DNA of 64,000 bases from Candidatus Gastranaerophilales bacterium (GTDB taxonomy: Bacteria > Cyanobacteriota > Vampirovibrionia > Gastranaerophilales > Gastranaerophilaceae), in assembly GCA_944326485.1 (NCBI GenBank), contig CALVED010000006.1:18944-82943 (forward strand). The letters are read 5' to 3'. Position numbers and translations under genes: made by a program. Position 1 is the first letter of the stretch. Each line of letters begins with the position of its first letter. The notes beneath the pieces were generated by a model. It searched no databases and was not told the origin of the DNA. It was given only the letters and a program-made list of their open reading frames with translations. Below, piece by piece: positions 1 to 10,427 of this stretch.

Positions 1-84
1 TTAGCGGTAAAGCGGAAACGATAAAAAGGATTAATAAAGAAATAAATATAAAAGAGGAAAATAGTATTATGAAAGGATAAGGAA

Positions 85-930
85 GTGAAAGTTGATTTAC
101 ATATCCACACATCATATTCGGATGGCGTTTTTTCACCCGAAAAAATTGTTGATACCGCAATAGATGCTGGGCTTGGTGCGATAGCTATTACTGATCACGA
201 TAATGTGTTATCTTACGATTTGGCTCAAGAATATGCAAAAGATAAAGCTATAGAAATTATACCCGGAGTGGAAATTAATACAATATACAAAGGATATGAA
301 GTACATATTCTGGGATATTTTATGGACTTAAAAAATAATGATTTTCATAAATTAATTAAGTCTCAGCAACAAGCACGCGTAAAACAAACAAAAGAAATAA
401 TAACTTTATTATCAAAAAAAGCAGGAATAAAAATAACTTATGATAGCATTATAAAACAAGTTGCTCCGGGTGGCAGTATTGGAAGACCTCATATTGCTAA
501 AGCAATAACAAATGCCGGAGGAACTGCAAGTGTTATAGAAGCCTATAATAAATATATAAATGACTCATCAAATGTTTATGTGCAAAGAAAAACAGTAACA
601 CCATTTGATGCAGTTGAAGTTATATATGATGCCGGTGGTATTCCTGTTTTTGCACATCCTTTTGATGTTGATATTGCAGATCAGCTTACAAAGGAGATGA
701 TGAATTTTGGATTAAGGGGAATAGAAGCATATCATAGAAAGCATTCTCCTGCTATAATTGAATATTTTTCTACTTTGGCAGAAAAGTACGGTCTAATAAT
801 AACAGGTGGTTCTGATTTTCATGCACCAAATCCAATGAATGGAAATATAATTCTCGGTAAAAATTTTGTACCTGAATGGATATATGATGAACTTATAAAA
901 GAAAAAAGAAGAATGGAACTTGCAAAGTGA
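85..930 (+). CDS. PHP-domain metal-dependent phosphoesterase (TrpH/YciV-like)
   Basis: 281-aa ORF with a GTG start after AAAGGATAAGGAA. N-terminal DLHIHTSYSDG and ITDHD motifs are typical of the PHP family. Confidence 0.8.
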   Translation: MKVDLHIHTSYSDGVFSPEKIVDTAIDAGLGAIAITDHDNVLSYDLAQEYAKDKAIEIIPGVEINTIYKGYEVHILGYFMDLKNNDFHKLIKSQQQARVKQTKEIITLLSKKAGIKITYDSIIKQVAPGGSIGRPHIAKAITNAGGTASVIEAYNKYINDSSNVYVQRKTVTPFDAVEVIYDAGGIPVFAHPFDVDIADQLTKEMMNFGLRGIEAYHRKHSPAIIEYFSTLAEKYGLIITGGSDFHAPNPMNGNIILGKNFVPEWIYDELIKEKRRMELAK

Positions 931-1562
931 AGAAATTTACATTCAGTATATTCAATATAGGTTCTATATCTTTAATTGTAATATTAATAATATTGATATT
1001 ATTCCCTTTTAATTTAATAAATATAGAACAAGCTCAAAGAACAGCAAAGTGGAAGTCTACTTATGAGAAGCTGAAATATTCTTTTGAATTAGTAAAATTG
1101 CATGAAGGTTGTATTATTCCTACTGCAGAAGGTGCAGGTAAAATAATTACTGAAGATTATATTTTATTGAGGTTTGCACCATATTTTAATGTAAAATCGA
1201 ATAATATTATTAATCCATATAAATTTGGATATAGAAAATTGAATGGAAGTCCGGTAATAAAATCATCACAATTTTATTTTGATAAGTTTATTGAGAGAAA
1301 GGACTCTGTTTTAATAGGCATAAAACAAAATACAGCTAAAATAGTAAACAAAAATCAGCCATTATATTATATGTTTGTTGATATAAATGGCATAGAAAAA
1401 CCCAATAGAATTGGACAAGATATATTTATAATAAGCATATTAAGGGATAATATAAAAGCATTAGGAGAAAATAGTTCATATAGTATATTAAAAGCGAATT
1501 GTTCTCCTATAGGAAATGGATTATATTGTAGTGAATATTTTCTTTTAGGAGGTAGTTTTTAA
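927..1562 (+). CDS. hypothetical protein with N-terminal membrane anchor
   Basis: 211-aa ORF. Its GTG start overlaps the upstream stop (GTGA), suggesting translational coupling. Hydrophobic N-terminus SISLIVILIILILFPF; no recognisable domain. Confidence 0.5.
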   Translation: MKKFTFSIFNIGSISLIVILIILILFPFNLINIEQAQRTAKWKSTYEKLKYSFELVKLHEGCIIPTAEGAGKIITEDYILLRFAPYFNVKSNNIINPYKFGYRKLNGSPVIKSSQFYFDKFIERKDSVLIGIKQNTAKIVNKNQPLYYMFVDINGIEKPNRIGQDIFIISILRDNIKALGENSSYSILKANCSPIGNGLYCSEYFLLGGSF

Positions 1563-1634
1563 TTTGAGAAAAAGAAATTTTTATGATAGTTTAGTATAAC
1601 AATTAATAATAAATATTTAGTTAAGGAGAAAAGA

Positions 1635-4283
1635 ATGACAGAAAAACGAGTGTGGTTATTCAAAGAAGGTAATTCTTCAATGAGAAACCTTTTAGGTGGG
1701 AAAGGTGCTAATTTGGCTGAAATGACAAATCTGGGTTTGCCTGTTCCTCCTGGTTTAACAATTACAACTGAAACTTGTATGGAATATATAAATAATGGGA
1801 ATAAAATGCCTGAAGGCTTAATGGATGATGTTAAAGCAAAATTAGCCGAAGTTGAAATTCAAGCTGGTAAAAAATTTGGTGATAAAACAAATCCGTTATT
1901 AGTTTCTGTTCGTTCAGGTGCAAGAGTTTCTATGCCAGGTATGATGGAAACAATATTAAACTTAGGTTTAAATGATGAAACTGTTGAAGCAATGGTTAAA
2001 TTAACAAACAACCCAAGATTTTGTTATGACAGCTATCGTCGTTTCTTAACAATGTTTGGTTCTGTTGCTTGGGAAATGGACAGACAAAAATATTTTGAAT
2101 CTGAAGTTGAAAAAGTAAAAGAACGTGAAGGCGTAAAATCTGATACTGAAGTATCTGCAGAGGGTTGGAAGTCTTTAATCCCAATATACAAAAGAGTTAT
2201 AAAAGAAGTAACCGGTAAAGAATTTCCACAAAATCCTTATGTTCAATTACAAGAAGCAATTGAAGCTGTATTCCGTTCTTGGAATATTCCACGTGCCGTT
2301 GCATATAGAAACATGAACAAAATTGATCATAATTTTGGGACTGCTGTTAATGTTCAAACAATGGTATTTGGTAATATGGGTGATGATTGTGCAACAGGTG
2401 TATCATTCACTCGTAACCCTGCAACAGGTGAAAACAAATTCTATGGTGAATATTTAACAAATGCACAAGGTGAAGACGTTGTTGCAGGGATTAGAACTCC
2501 TAAACCTATTGCTGAATTAGAAACAGAAATGCCAGAATTATATAAACAATATGTTGATATAGCTAAGAAACTTGAACTTGGATATAAAGATGTTCAAGAT
2601 ATGGAATTTACAATTGAAAAAGGTAAATTATATATTCTTCAAACAAGAAACGGTAAAAGAACTGCAGCAGCTGCTGTTAAAATAGCTGTTGATATGTGCG
2701 AAGAAGGTATCATAACAAAAGAAAGAGCTATCCAATTAGTTGATCCTTATACTGTAAATCAAATATTATTACCTTGTTTCGATGCTAAAGCAATGGCAGA
2801 TGCAGTTAAAATTGCAACAGGTGTAAATGCATCTCCGGGTGCTGCTGTAGGTAAAATTGTATTTGATACGGAAGAAGCTGCAGCTCGCGGTGAAGCAGGT
2901 GAAAAAGTAATCTTAGTTCGTGTTGAAACTTGCCCTGATGATATTCATGGTATGGCAGTATCACAAGGTGTATTAACATTACGCGGCGGAGCTACTTCTC
3001 ACGCTGCGGTAGTTGCAAAAGGTATGGGAAAACCTTGTGTTTCAGGCTGTGAAGATATAAAAATTGACCTTGCTAATGAAACTTTAACTGGTGCTAACGG
3101 TGTTGTTTATAAGAAAAATGACATTATTTCATTAGATGGCGGCAAAGGTATTGTAATGGCTGGTGCTGTAAAATTAGTTGAAGCAAAAATTGATGACAAC
3201 TGGAATAAGTTCTTTACTTGGGTAAATGAAATTAAAAAATTGCATGTTGAAGCAAATGCAGATACTCCAAAAGATATTGAAAATGCATTAAAATTCGGAG
3301 CTGAAGGTGTAGGTCTTTGCAGAACAGAACATATGTTTATGGATCCTGATAGACTTCCTTGGGTGCAGAAAATGATTATTGCAGGAACTCCTGAAGCAAG
3401 AAAAGAAGCTTTAGATAAACTTCTTCCAATGCAATATGAAGATTTCTATGCTATGTTTAAAGCATTAGGTGATAAACCTTTAACAGTACGTCTTTTAGAT
3501 CCGCCACTTCATGAATTCTTACCATCTAAAGAAGATTTGATTGCAGAAGTTGCAACATTAAAAGCTTTAGGCAAGGATGCAAAAGAAAAAGAGGAACTTC
3601 TTCATGTTGTAGAAGGACTTTCAGAATCAAATCCTATGATGGGATTAAGAGGATGTCGTTTAGGTTTAACATATCCTGAAATCAATGAAATGCAAGTAAG
3701 AGCTATTTTTGAAGCTTGCTGTGATTTAAAGAAAGAAGGACATGCTGTTCAACCTTGGGTTATGATTCCTTTAATCGGACATGTTAACGAACTTAAAGTA
3801 GCTAAAGAAATATTAGTTCGTGTAGCAAAAGATGTAATGGCTGAAAAAGGAGTTGAAGTTGATTATAAGTTTGGTACTATGATTGAAATTCCTCGTGCTG
3901 CATTAACTGCTGATGAAATTGCAGAACATGCTGAATTCTTCTCTTTTGGTACTAACGATTTAACTCAAATGACATTTGGTTACTCAAGAGATGATGCGGA
4001 AGGTAAGTTCTTAAACAGATACGTTGAACAAAAAATTCTTCCTTCAAATCCGTTTGCAACATTAGATACAAAAGGTGTTGGACAATTAATAGAAATGTCA
4101 ATGGAGAAAGGCAAGAAAGTTAATCCAAAACTTGTTGGCGGTGTTTGCGGAGAACATGGTGGTGATCCGGATAGTGTTAAATTCTGTAATAAAATCGGTT
4201 TAGATTATGTTTCTTGTTCTCCATTCAGAATTCCTCAAGCGAGATTAGCTGCAGCTCAGGCTGTAATAGAACAAAAAGCATAG
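1635..4283 (+). CDS. ppdK: pyruvate, phosphate dikinase
   Basis: 882-aa ORF with RBS AAGGAGAA. Has the GGKGANLAEM ATP-grasp start, the catalytic-His region GGATSHAAVVAKGMGKPCV and the PEP-utiliser C-terminus FSFGTNDLTQ. Confidence 0.95.
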   Translation: MTEKRVWLFKEGNSSMRNLLGGKGANLAEMTNLGLPVPPGLTITTETCMEYINNGNKMPEGLMDDVKAKLAEVEIQAGKKFGDKTNPLLVSVRSGARVSMPGMMETILNLGLNDETVEAMVKLTNNPRFCYDSYRRFLTMFGSVAWEMDRQKYFESEVEKVKEREGVKSDTEVSAEGWKSLIPIYKRVIKEVTGKEFPQNPYVQLQEAIEAVFRSWNIPRAVAYRNMNKIDHNFGTAVNVQTMVFGNMGDDCATGVSFTRNPATGENKFYGEYLTNAQGEDVVAGIRTPKPIAELETEMPELYKQYVDIAKKLELGYKDVQDMEFTIEKGKLYILQTRNGKRTAAAAVKIAVDMCEEGIITKERAIQLVDPYTVNQILLPCFDAKAMADAVKIATGVNASPGAAVGKIVFDTEEAAARGEAGEKVILVRVETCPDDIHGMAVSQGVLTLRGGATSHAAVVAKGMGKPCVSGCEDIKIDLANETLTGANGVVYKKNDIISLDGGKGIVMAGAVKLVEAKIDDNWNKFFTWVNEIKKLHVEANADTPKDIENALKFGAEGVGLCRTEHMFMDPDRLPWVQKMIIAGTPEARKEALDKLLPMQYEDFYAMFKALGDKPLTVRLLDPPLHEFLPSKEDLIAEVATLKALGKDAKEKEELLHVVEGLSESNPMMGLRGCRLGLTYPEINEMQVRAIFEACCDLKKEGHAVQPWVMIPLIGHVNELKVAKEILVRVAKDVMAEKGVEVDYKFGTMIEIPRAALTADEIAEHAEFFSFGTNDLTQMTFGYSRDDAEGKFLNRYVEQKILPSNPFATLDTKGVGQLIEMSMEKGKKVNPKLVGGVCGEHGGDPDSVKFCNKIGLDYVSCSPFRIPQARLAAAQAVIEQKA

Positions 4284-4301
4284 TTTGTATAACTAAAATA
4301 T

Positions 4302-4333
4302 AAAAAAGGAGTGATTATTATCACTCCTTTTTT
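4302..4333. terminator. bidirectional intrinsic terminator between ppdK and the cheW-like gene
   Basis: A-run, stem GGAGTGA / TCACTCC, loop TTATTA, then a T-run. It lies between convergent genes. Confidence 0.75.
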
Positions 4334-5363
4334 ATTCAATATTTATATATAATTTTTCATCATTAATAATTTTTTCAATATTTAATATACTATATAATTG
4401 ATTATTTTCCATAAATTCAGAATAAATATATTTTGAATTTTCATCAGTAAAAACAGAAGGTTGAACATCTTTTAGATTTTTTATGTATTTAATATCATCA
4501 ACTAATAATGCAAGATTATAATTTTTACCTTCTACTATAATAATTTTGTTACTTTTTATAGTTGGATTATTTGTACTATTTAGGAATGATTTTAAATCAA
4601 TAACAACTAGAAAATCACCTCTTAAGTTTATTATTCCTTTTATATATTTGTTAGTATATGGAAGTTTTGTAATATTTAATCTTTTTACAGAAGTAAATTC
4701 TTTGATAAATTTTAAATCTATATAATAATTATGGTTTTCTAAAGTAAATAATACATATTGATTGGTAGTGTTCAAATCAAAAGAGAATGAGAAAGCATCT
4801 TGTTTTTGAATGTTCTGAATACTTCTTAATTCTAAAATTTGTTTTGATTTTTCATCTTGAGGAAATAATTCTAAATAATTAATTTTACCTTCTTTTGCAA
4901 CTGTATCAGATACTATTTTATCCAATGCTTTTGTATTTATAATATTTATAGAAATAGTATTAATTTTATAAATATCTTTTAAAATAGAATTTCTAGATGC
5001 AAATGGAATAGGCTGTAAATCTGATTTATTAATATGTATAATATTGGAAATTGCTTCTGTATGTATTGCAAAACAATTTCCTTCGATACAAACTACTATT
5101 AATTGATTATTAATAGTGAAGTCAGAAGTTTCAAATCCTAAAAACGGACAAATATCTATTACTTTAATCATTAATCCTTTATAGTTAAATATACCAACAA
5201 TACCTTCAGGTGCAATTTGAGGTATCTCTATAATTGGTATATTAATAACTTCAATTACATCTTTTATATTAATAGCATATTGTTTTTCTTTTAGATAAAA
5301 AACAATATAATAGTCAGATGCTTCTTTTGAATTTACGGTAGTTAATGAATAGTTATTGTTCAT
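4332..5363 (-). CDS. CheW-like coupling protein with two CheW domains
   Basis: 343-aa ORF. Two repeated segments (YYIVFYLKEKQYAINIKDV... and QYVLFTLENHNYYIDLKFI... IKGIINLRGDFLVVIDL) match the CheW-fold pattern. Adjacent to MCP and CheA genes. Confidence 0.7.
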   Translation of the reverse strand: MNNNYSLTTVNSKEASDYYIVFYLKEKQYAINIKDVIEVINIPIIEIPQIAPEGIVGIFNYKGLMIKVIDICPFLGFETSDFTINNQLIVVCIEGNCFAIHTEAISNIIHINKSDLQPIPFASRNSILKDIYKINTISINIINTKALDKIVSDTVAKEGKINYLELFPQDEKSKQILELRSIQNIQKQDAFSFSFDLNTTNQYVLFTLENHNYYIDLKFIKEFTSVKRLNITKLPYTNKYIKGIINLRGDFLVVIDLKSFLNSTNNPTIKSNKIIIVEGKNYNLALLVDDIKYIKNLKDVQPSVFTDENSKYIYSEFMENNQLYSILNIEKIINDEKLYINIE

Positions 5364-5457
5364 TTTTAATTAAACCTTTATAATAAGTATACTATAAATT
5401 AATGATTATAAAATCGAGGAAATAGACTATAATTAAACATATCAAAAGGAGTATAAA

Positions 5458-6495
5458 ATGGCAGGAAGAGATATAAGTTTAATAAACAGATTAGCCAAGA
5501 AGAACATAAAAGATACAGTAATATTAGGATTAGTAACAATTCTTATTGTTGCTATCATTTTGTTTGTTGAAAATAAAACAATAATGGTCTGTTCAACTGT
5601 AGCAACACTATTATTTTATTTTTTGCAATATCAATTATCAAGAAATGAATTAATAAAATCAATTGATAAATTAATAGATAATGAATTAAAAGAATTTCAA
5701 AAAATATCAGTAAAAGTATTGCAATTAAGTGAAAAACAACGACAATTAACTCATAAATATACAGAAATGTTAAATAATGTTGTACAAACAACAAAATTAT
5801 TTAAAAGTAGTGCTTTAAAAACAAAAGAGAGAACACAAGGTATTTCAGGAAAAATTCAAGAAACTTATGATGCGTCAGGAAGAGAGGCAAAATCTTTAGA
5901 AGAAAATATTTCAACGATGCAAAATTTAAAACACAAAGTACAAGTAATTGCCGAGTTGATTATAGAATTAACCGATTATATTAAACAAATCGGTTCAACA
6001 GTAAACATAGTAGAAAACATATCAGAACAAACAAATATGCTGGCATTAAATGCAGCTGTAGAAGCAGCAAGAGCTGGTGAATATGGTAAAGGTTTTGCTG
6101 TTGTTGCCGGTGAAATTAGAAAACTGGCAGATGAATCGAAACAAGCAACAAACAAAATTACTACTCTTGTTTCAGAAATAGAACAAACTACATCATCGAC
6201 AATTATGGCAACGGAAGATGGAGCAAAAGAAATTGAAAATGGTGTAAGAAATGCTACAAATATTAGCGATAATATTTCTTCTCTTGTAAATAATATAAAA
6301 GAATTAGGTATGAATGTAAATGATATTCTAACAGCATCTGTAGAACAACAATCTATTACTAATGATGTATTAGAAGCTGTTGAAAATATGCAGAAAGGTA
6401 TTTCTGAATCAATAAATACATTAGAGGAAAATATAGAAAATATAAGAGCATTCTCGGAAATTTCTACAAATATTAAAGATAATATTGCTAATTAA
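5458..6495 (+). CDS. methyl-accepting chemotaxis protein (short, membrane-anchored)
   Basis: Highly conserved MCP signalling hairpin [38 protein letters not shown]. One or two N-terminal TM segments. Confidence 0.85.
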   Translation: MAGRDISLINRLAKKNIKDTVILGLVTILIVAIILFVENKTIMVCSTVATLLFYFLQYQLSRNELIKSIDKLIDNELKEFQKISVKVLQLSEKQRQLTHKYTEMLNNVVQTTKLFKSSALKTKERTQGISGKIQETYDASGREAKSLEENISTMQNLKHKVQVIAELIIELTDYIKQIGSTVNIVENISEQTNMLALNAAVEAARAGEYGKGFAVVAGEIRKLADESKQATNKITTLVSEIEQTTSSTIMATEDGAKEIENGVRNATNISDNISSLVNNIKELGMNVNDILTASVEQQSITNDVLEAVENMQKGISESINTLEENIENIRAFSEISTNIKDNIAN

Positions 6496-6506
6496 TAGGT
6501 TTTTAT

Positions 6507-9500
6507 ATGCAATACAATCCTGAAGAATTAGATGAAATATTAAATATATATAAGGCTGAAAGTGAAGAAATAATCCAAGAACTAAATGATGGTTTTTTGG
6601 AACTTGAAAAAAATCCTGAAAATAAAGAACCATTAAAAAAATTATTTCAATTGGTTCACTCTCTAAAAGGTGCATCTCGAATGCTTGGTTTTAATAGTGT
6701 TCAAGATATTTCACACAAATTAGAAGATATACTTTCTTATTGGAAGAAAGAAGGTACTATTATTGAAAAAAATTCTTTTCAGGTAATTTATGAAGTTTGT
6801 GATTTAATAAATGAACTTATTATAAAATCAGTTCAACAAAAATCAGATTATATTGATAATAATGTAATGGTTTTTCTTAATAAATTAGATAATTTTATTT
6901 TAAGTGAAAAACCGATAGATAATTCTGAAAAAATAGTAAAAAAAGAAAATTATCTTGTTGAAAAAAGTAAAGATATAGATGCCATTATATTGGAGTTAAT
7001 TTTTATCCTTGGAAAAAATAATGAAAAAGACAATATAGATGAAATTCTTTCAGTTATAGTTGATAATATAAATTTACTTTATGAAATTTTTAATAAAACG
7101 GAATATGATAATGTTAAAAATCATATAAAAGAAATTCTAAACGAAATAAATAATAATAATGATAAAGAAAATGCAATATTAAAATTCAAAGAGCAAATTA
7201 AGTCATTGAAAGATGAAATATATATTATATTTAAAGATTTAAATATAAATCTTTCATCTGCAAAATTAAGAAAAAAAGAAGAGACAAAAGTTGAAAAAGA
7301 AGAAAAACAAAGATGTAATGAAGATATAGAAAAAAAATTTGATTTGTTGTTAAAAAATCTTCCAAAGATAAAATATGAAAAAAATTATATAAATAAAGTT
7401 AATGAAGAACTTAAATCATTAATAGTATTATCAAATAATAAACAAACGGAAATAATCATATCTAAAACTTTGAATATATTAAAATTATTTCAAGATAAAG
7501 ATATTTTGATAGATAACGAATGTTATATGGTAATCTTACAAAGTATATATCTGGCAAAAAGGATGTCTTTAAATGAAAAGGAAGAAAACTTAAATAATTT
7601 AAATTTTCTTATTCAGAGATTAAATGTAGTTGAAGATATGTTTAAAATAACCAATCTAAGAAAGCAAAAAACAAACAATGATGAATTAAAAATACAACCA
7701 CAATCGAAATCTTCAATTATAGATATTGATACTATTAAAAATAATATTAATTCTTTTGAATTACAAGAGATAAAAACATTAAGAGTTGATACTTCTAAAC
7801 TGGATAATTTAATTTCACAGACAGGAGAGCTTTTAGTAAATGGAATAAAAACAAGAGAACATCTTTTTGAATTGTCAAATATTAATATGAAATTAATTCA
7901 ATGGAATAGTGCAAGTAAGAAAATAATAAATTATCTTAAATATTTAGAGAAGAAAGGTTTTTTTAATACAGAGTTTGATGATTCTGCTTTTGTGTTTTAT
8001 AAAAAAGCACAAAATTTCTTTTGGAATAATGCTGATATGATAACAGATATTCAAAAAGATTTTAATCGTTTATATAATATTATTTCTGAAGATGATAATA
8101 AACTGCATCAAACAGCTATGGAGATAGAAACAATAGCTAAAGGAATAAGAGTTCTTCCATTGGCAACAATTTTTCATTCTTTCCCAAGAATGATAAGAGA
8201 TATTGCAATAGAGAATAAAAAGAAAGTAGATTTTATTGTATCCGGAAGTGATACGACTGTTGATAAAAAGCTAATAGAAGAAATAAAAATGCCATTAATT
8301 CATATTCTAAGAAATGCTGTTTCTCATGGTATTGAAGTGCCGGAAGAAAGGATTAAGAATGGTAAGAAAGATATTGGGATTGTAAAATTAAGTGCAAAAC
8401 AAGCAGAAAATAATGTAATAATTACTATAGAAGATGACGGATATGGAATAAATCTTGAAAAAGTTAAAAAGACAGCGATAAGTAAAGGTATTCTTACAGA
8501 AGAGGAAATAGAAAATATTACAAATGAACAATTAATGAAGTTATTATTTTTACCCGGTTTTTCTACGGAAGATTCTGTAAATGAAATATCTGGAAGAGGA
8601 ATAGGGCTTGATATCGTTAAAACAAAAATTAATAATTTAAATGGTGATATTTATATAGATTCTATACTTAATAAGGGATGTCGCGTTACGATTAAATTAC
8701 CTGTATCAATGTCTACTATAAAAACATTTATTATATTGGTGAATGATCAAAAATATGCCATACCGGTTAATGCAATAAAATATGTAAAAAGAATAAATAA
8801 GAATGATATTTTTGACAAGAATGGACAGAATTATATTATTTATGATGAACATTCAATACCGATATATTCTTTGTCAGAAGTATTAGGTGAAAAATCAGAG
8901 ACAATATTACAAGAAAAACAGTTGACTGTAATAATAATAGAAAATCAAGAAAGGCAAGCTGCTTTTGTTATTGATAAATTATTGGGAGATCAGGAAGTAT
9001 TTCATAAGAAATTAGAACTACCGATAATAAAAATAAAGAATATAAGTGGCTTTACAACTCTTTCTACCGGAGAAATATGTCTTATTGTTAATCCTTATGA
9101 GTTAATAAGAAATACTATATTGACTAATTATTTGTCTTCTTTTGATATAAAACAAATAGGTAAAGATAATGAAGTTAATTTATATGAAAAAAGACTTGTA
9201 ATATATGGTGACAATAGTTTCGAATTTATAAAAAAAGATATTGAAGAAGAATATAAGAATGTTATTACTTTCAATAATATTTATTCTGTTCATGACTATA
9301 TACAAAAAAATGAGATTGATATTTTTATATGCAAATTTAATAATGAAGAAAAAGATAAAGAATTAATCAAACTTATAAAATATATAAAGAATGATGAGAA
9401 CTTGAGTAAAATAAAAATAGTAATTTTTTCTGATTTAACAATAATAGAAATATTAAATGTATTAGAAGGTATAAAACCTGATTTATATATAAAAATAAAT

Positions 9501-9554
9501 GATTATAGTAAGAAAATATTTATAGAAAAAATTCACGATAAGCTAAAAGTGTGA
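6507..9554 (+). CDS. cheA: hybrid CheA-type histidine kinase (Hpt, long N/K-rich linker, HATPase, CheW domain, C-terminal receiver-like domain)
   Basis: Hpt motif HSLKGASRMLGF. N box HILRNAVSHGIE. G boxes DDGYGIN and GRGIGLD. CheW-like segment FIILVNDQKYAIPVN. The C-terminal ~120 aa are receiver-like. The last codons and the stop lie inside repeat module A. Confidence 0.9.
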   Translation: MQYNPEELDEILNIYKAESEEIIQELNDGFLELEKNPENKEPLKKLFQLVHSLKGASRMLGFNSVQDISHKLEDILSYWKKEGTIIEKNSFQVIYEVCDLINELIIKSVQQKSDYIDNNVMVFLNKLDNFILSEKPIDNSEKIVKKENYLVEKSKDIDAIILELIFILGKNNEKDNIDEILSVIVDNINLLYEIFNKTEYDNVKNHIKEILNEINNNNDKENAILKFKEQIKSLKDEIYIIFKDLNINLSSAKLRKKEETKVEKEEKQRCNEDIEKKFDLLLKNLPKIKYEKNYINKVNEELKSLIVLSNNKQTEIIISKTLNILKLFQDKDILIDNECYMVILQSIYLAKRMSLNEKEENLNNLNFLIQRLNVVEDMFKITNLRKQKTNNDELKIQPQSKSSIIDIDTIKNNINSFELQEIKTLRVDTSKLDNLISQTGELLVNGIKTREHLFELSNINMKLIQWNSASKKIINYLKYLEKKGFFNTEFDDSAFVFYKKAQNFFWNNADMITDIQKDFNRLYNIISEDDNKLHQTAMEIETIAKGIRVLPLATIFHSFPRMIRDIAIENKKKVDFIVSGSDTTVDKKLIEEIKMPLIHILRNAVSHGIEVPEERIKNGKKDIGIVKLSAKQAENNVIITIEDDGYGINLEKVKKTAISKGILTEEEIENITNEQLMKLLFLPGFSTEDSVNEISGRGIGLDIVKTKINNLNGDIYIDSILNKGCRVTIKLPVSMSTIKTFIILVNDQKYAIPVNAIKYVKRINKNDIFDKNGQNYIIYDEHSIPIYSLSEVLGEKSETILQEKQLTVIIIENQERQAAFVIDKLLGDQEVFHKKLELPIIKIKNISGFTTLSTGEICLIVNPYELIRNTILTNYLSSFDIKQIGKDNEVNLYEKRLVIYGDNSFEFIKKDIEEEYKNVITFNNIYSVHDYIQKNEIDIFICKFNNEEKDKELIKLIKYIKNDENLSKIKIVIFSDLTIIEILNVLEGIKPDLYIKINDYSKKIFIEKIHDKLKV

Positions 9555-9704
9555 GTGAATTTTTTCTACAAAACGAACAAAACTTTGTCTTTGAGTGTGC
9601 TTGTATCCTTAGTGAAACGAAGGTGAGGAGCGTTTTCAAAAGGTAAATACTTTGTTCGCTAGGATGCCGATGTAACAATGTTTTTGATACTATATTTGTT
9701 AAAT
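9521..9704 (+). repeat. family-1 modular intergenic repeat, full A-B-C copy (copy 1)
   Basis: AAAAAATTCACGATAAGCTAAAAGTGTGAGTGAATTTTTT..ACAAAACGAAC..GTGAAACGAAGGTGAG..TACTTTGTT..TGTAAC. The 5' end lies inside the cheA 3' end. The degenerate 3' end overlaps the stop of the minus-strand acyltransferase. Confidence 0.85.
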
Positions 9705-10412
9705 TGAATTATTATGAGCTAATTCTGTATTTTCTTGTTTTTCATCATCTAAACCGGTTTTCGTGTATGAATAATCAATTAGTTGAGATATTTGTTGTCC
9801 CCACTCATCAATAATAACGTCAATATCTTGATTATAAGAAATAGGTTTTCCGATAGATACTTTTAATTTACCTTTGAAAGGAATCCAATTATATTGTTCG
9901 CAGCCTGTTATACCAATAGGAAGGATATCTGTTTTCATTTGTTTAGCAATAACAGCAAAACCCTTATTAATTTTTTCAATTTTTTTATTTCTTCTTATGC
10001 CACCTTGAGGAAATATACCAAGCATCCATTTTTTAGTTTTAAAAACATTTATAGCAGTCTTAATAGTAGAAACTTCAAGTTTTTCTCTATTTACTGCAAA
10101 GCAAGCAAGATTATCCAAAAGGAATGCTAATATTTTATTAGTGAATAATTCTTTTTTGCCCATAAAAGCAATTGGTTTTTTTACTGCTTCTCCAGCAATA
10201 AATGGGTCAAAGTATGAAATATGATTAGGAGCAACAATAAAACTTCTATCAGTAGGAATATTTTCTGTTCCAATAAGTTCAACGTGATAGAAAAAAGGAA
10301 TTATAGTTCTAGCAACAAGCCATCTTCCAAATAGTTGGAATTGAAATTTTCCTTCTGTAAAATCAGATACTTCTCTTTTTGTATAATTCGATTTCTTTTT
10401 TTTCATTAACAT
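9699..10412 (-). CDS. plsC: 1-acyl-sn-glycerol-3-phosphate acyltransferase family protein
   Basis: 237-aa ORF. Acyltransferase motif I APNHISYFDP, plus FPQGG (motif III region). Confidence 0.8.
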   Translation of the reverse strand: MLMKKKKSNYTKREVSDFTEGKFQFQLFGRWLVARTIIPFFYHVELIGTENIPTDRSFIVAPNHISYFDPFIAGEAVKKPIAFMGKKELFTNKILAFLLDNLACFAVNREKLEVSTIKTAINVFKTKKWMLGIFPQGGIRRNKKIEKINKGFAVIAKQMKTDILPIGITGCEQYNWIPFKGKLKVSIGKPISYNQDIDVIIDEWGQQISQLIDYSYTKTGLDDEKQENTELAHNNSI

Positions 10413-10427
10413 TAATCTTTCTGTCTG

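Noticed and set aside
1-84. Possible 3' end of an upstream plus-strand gene: frame 1 reads LAVKRKR then a stop at 22..24.
   Set aside because: Only 7 codons are visible, so it cannot be supported.
1563-1634. TTTGAGAAAAAGAAATTTTT upstream of ppdK as another family-1 5' stub.
   Set aside because: Only the A-run resembles module A. The diagnostic TTCAC..GATAAGCT part is absent.
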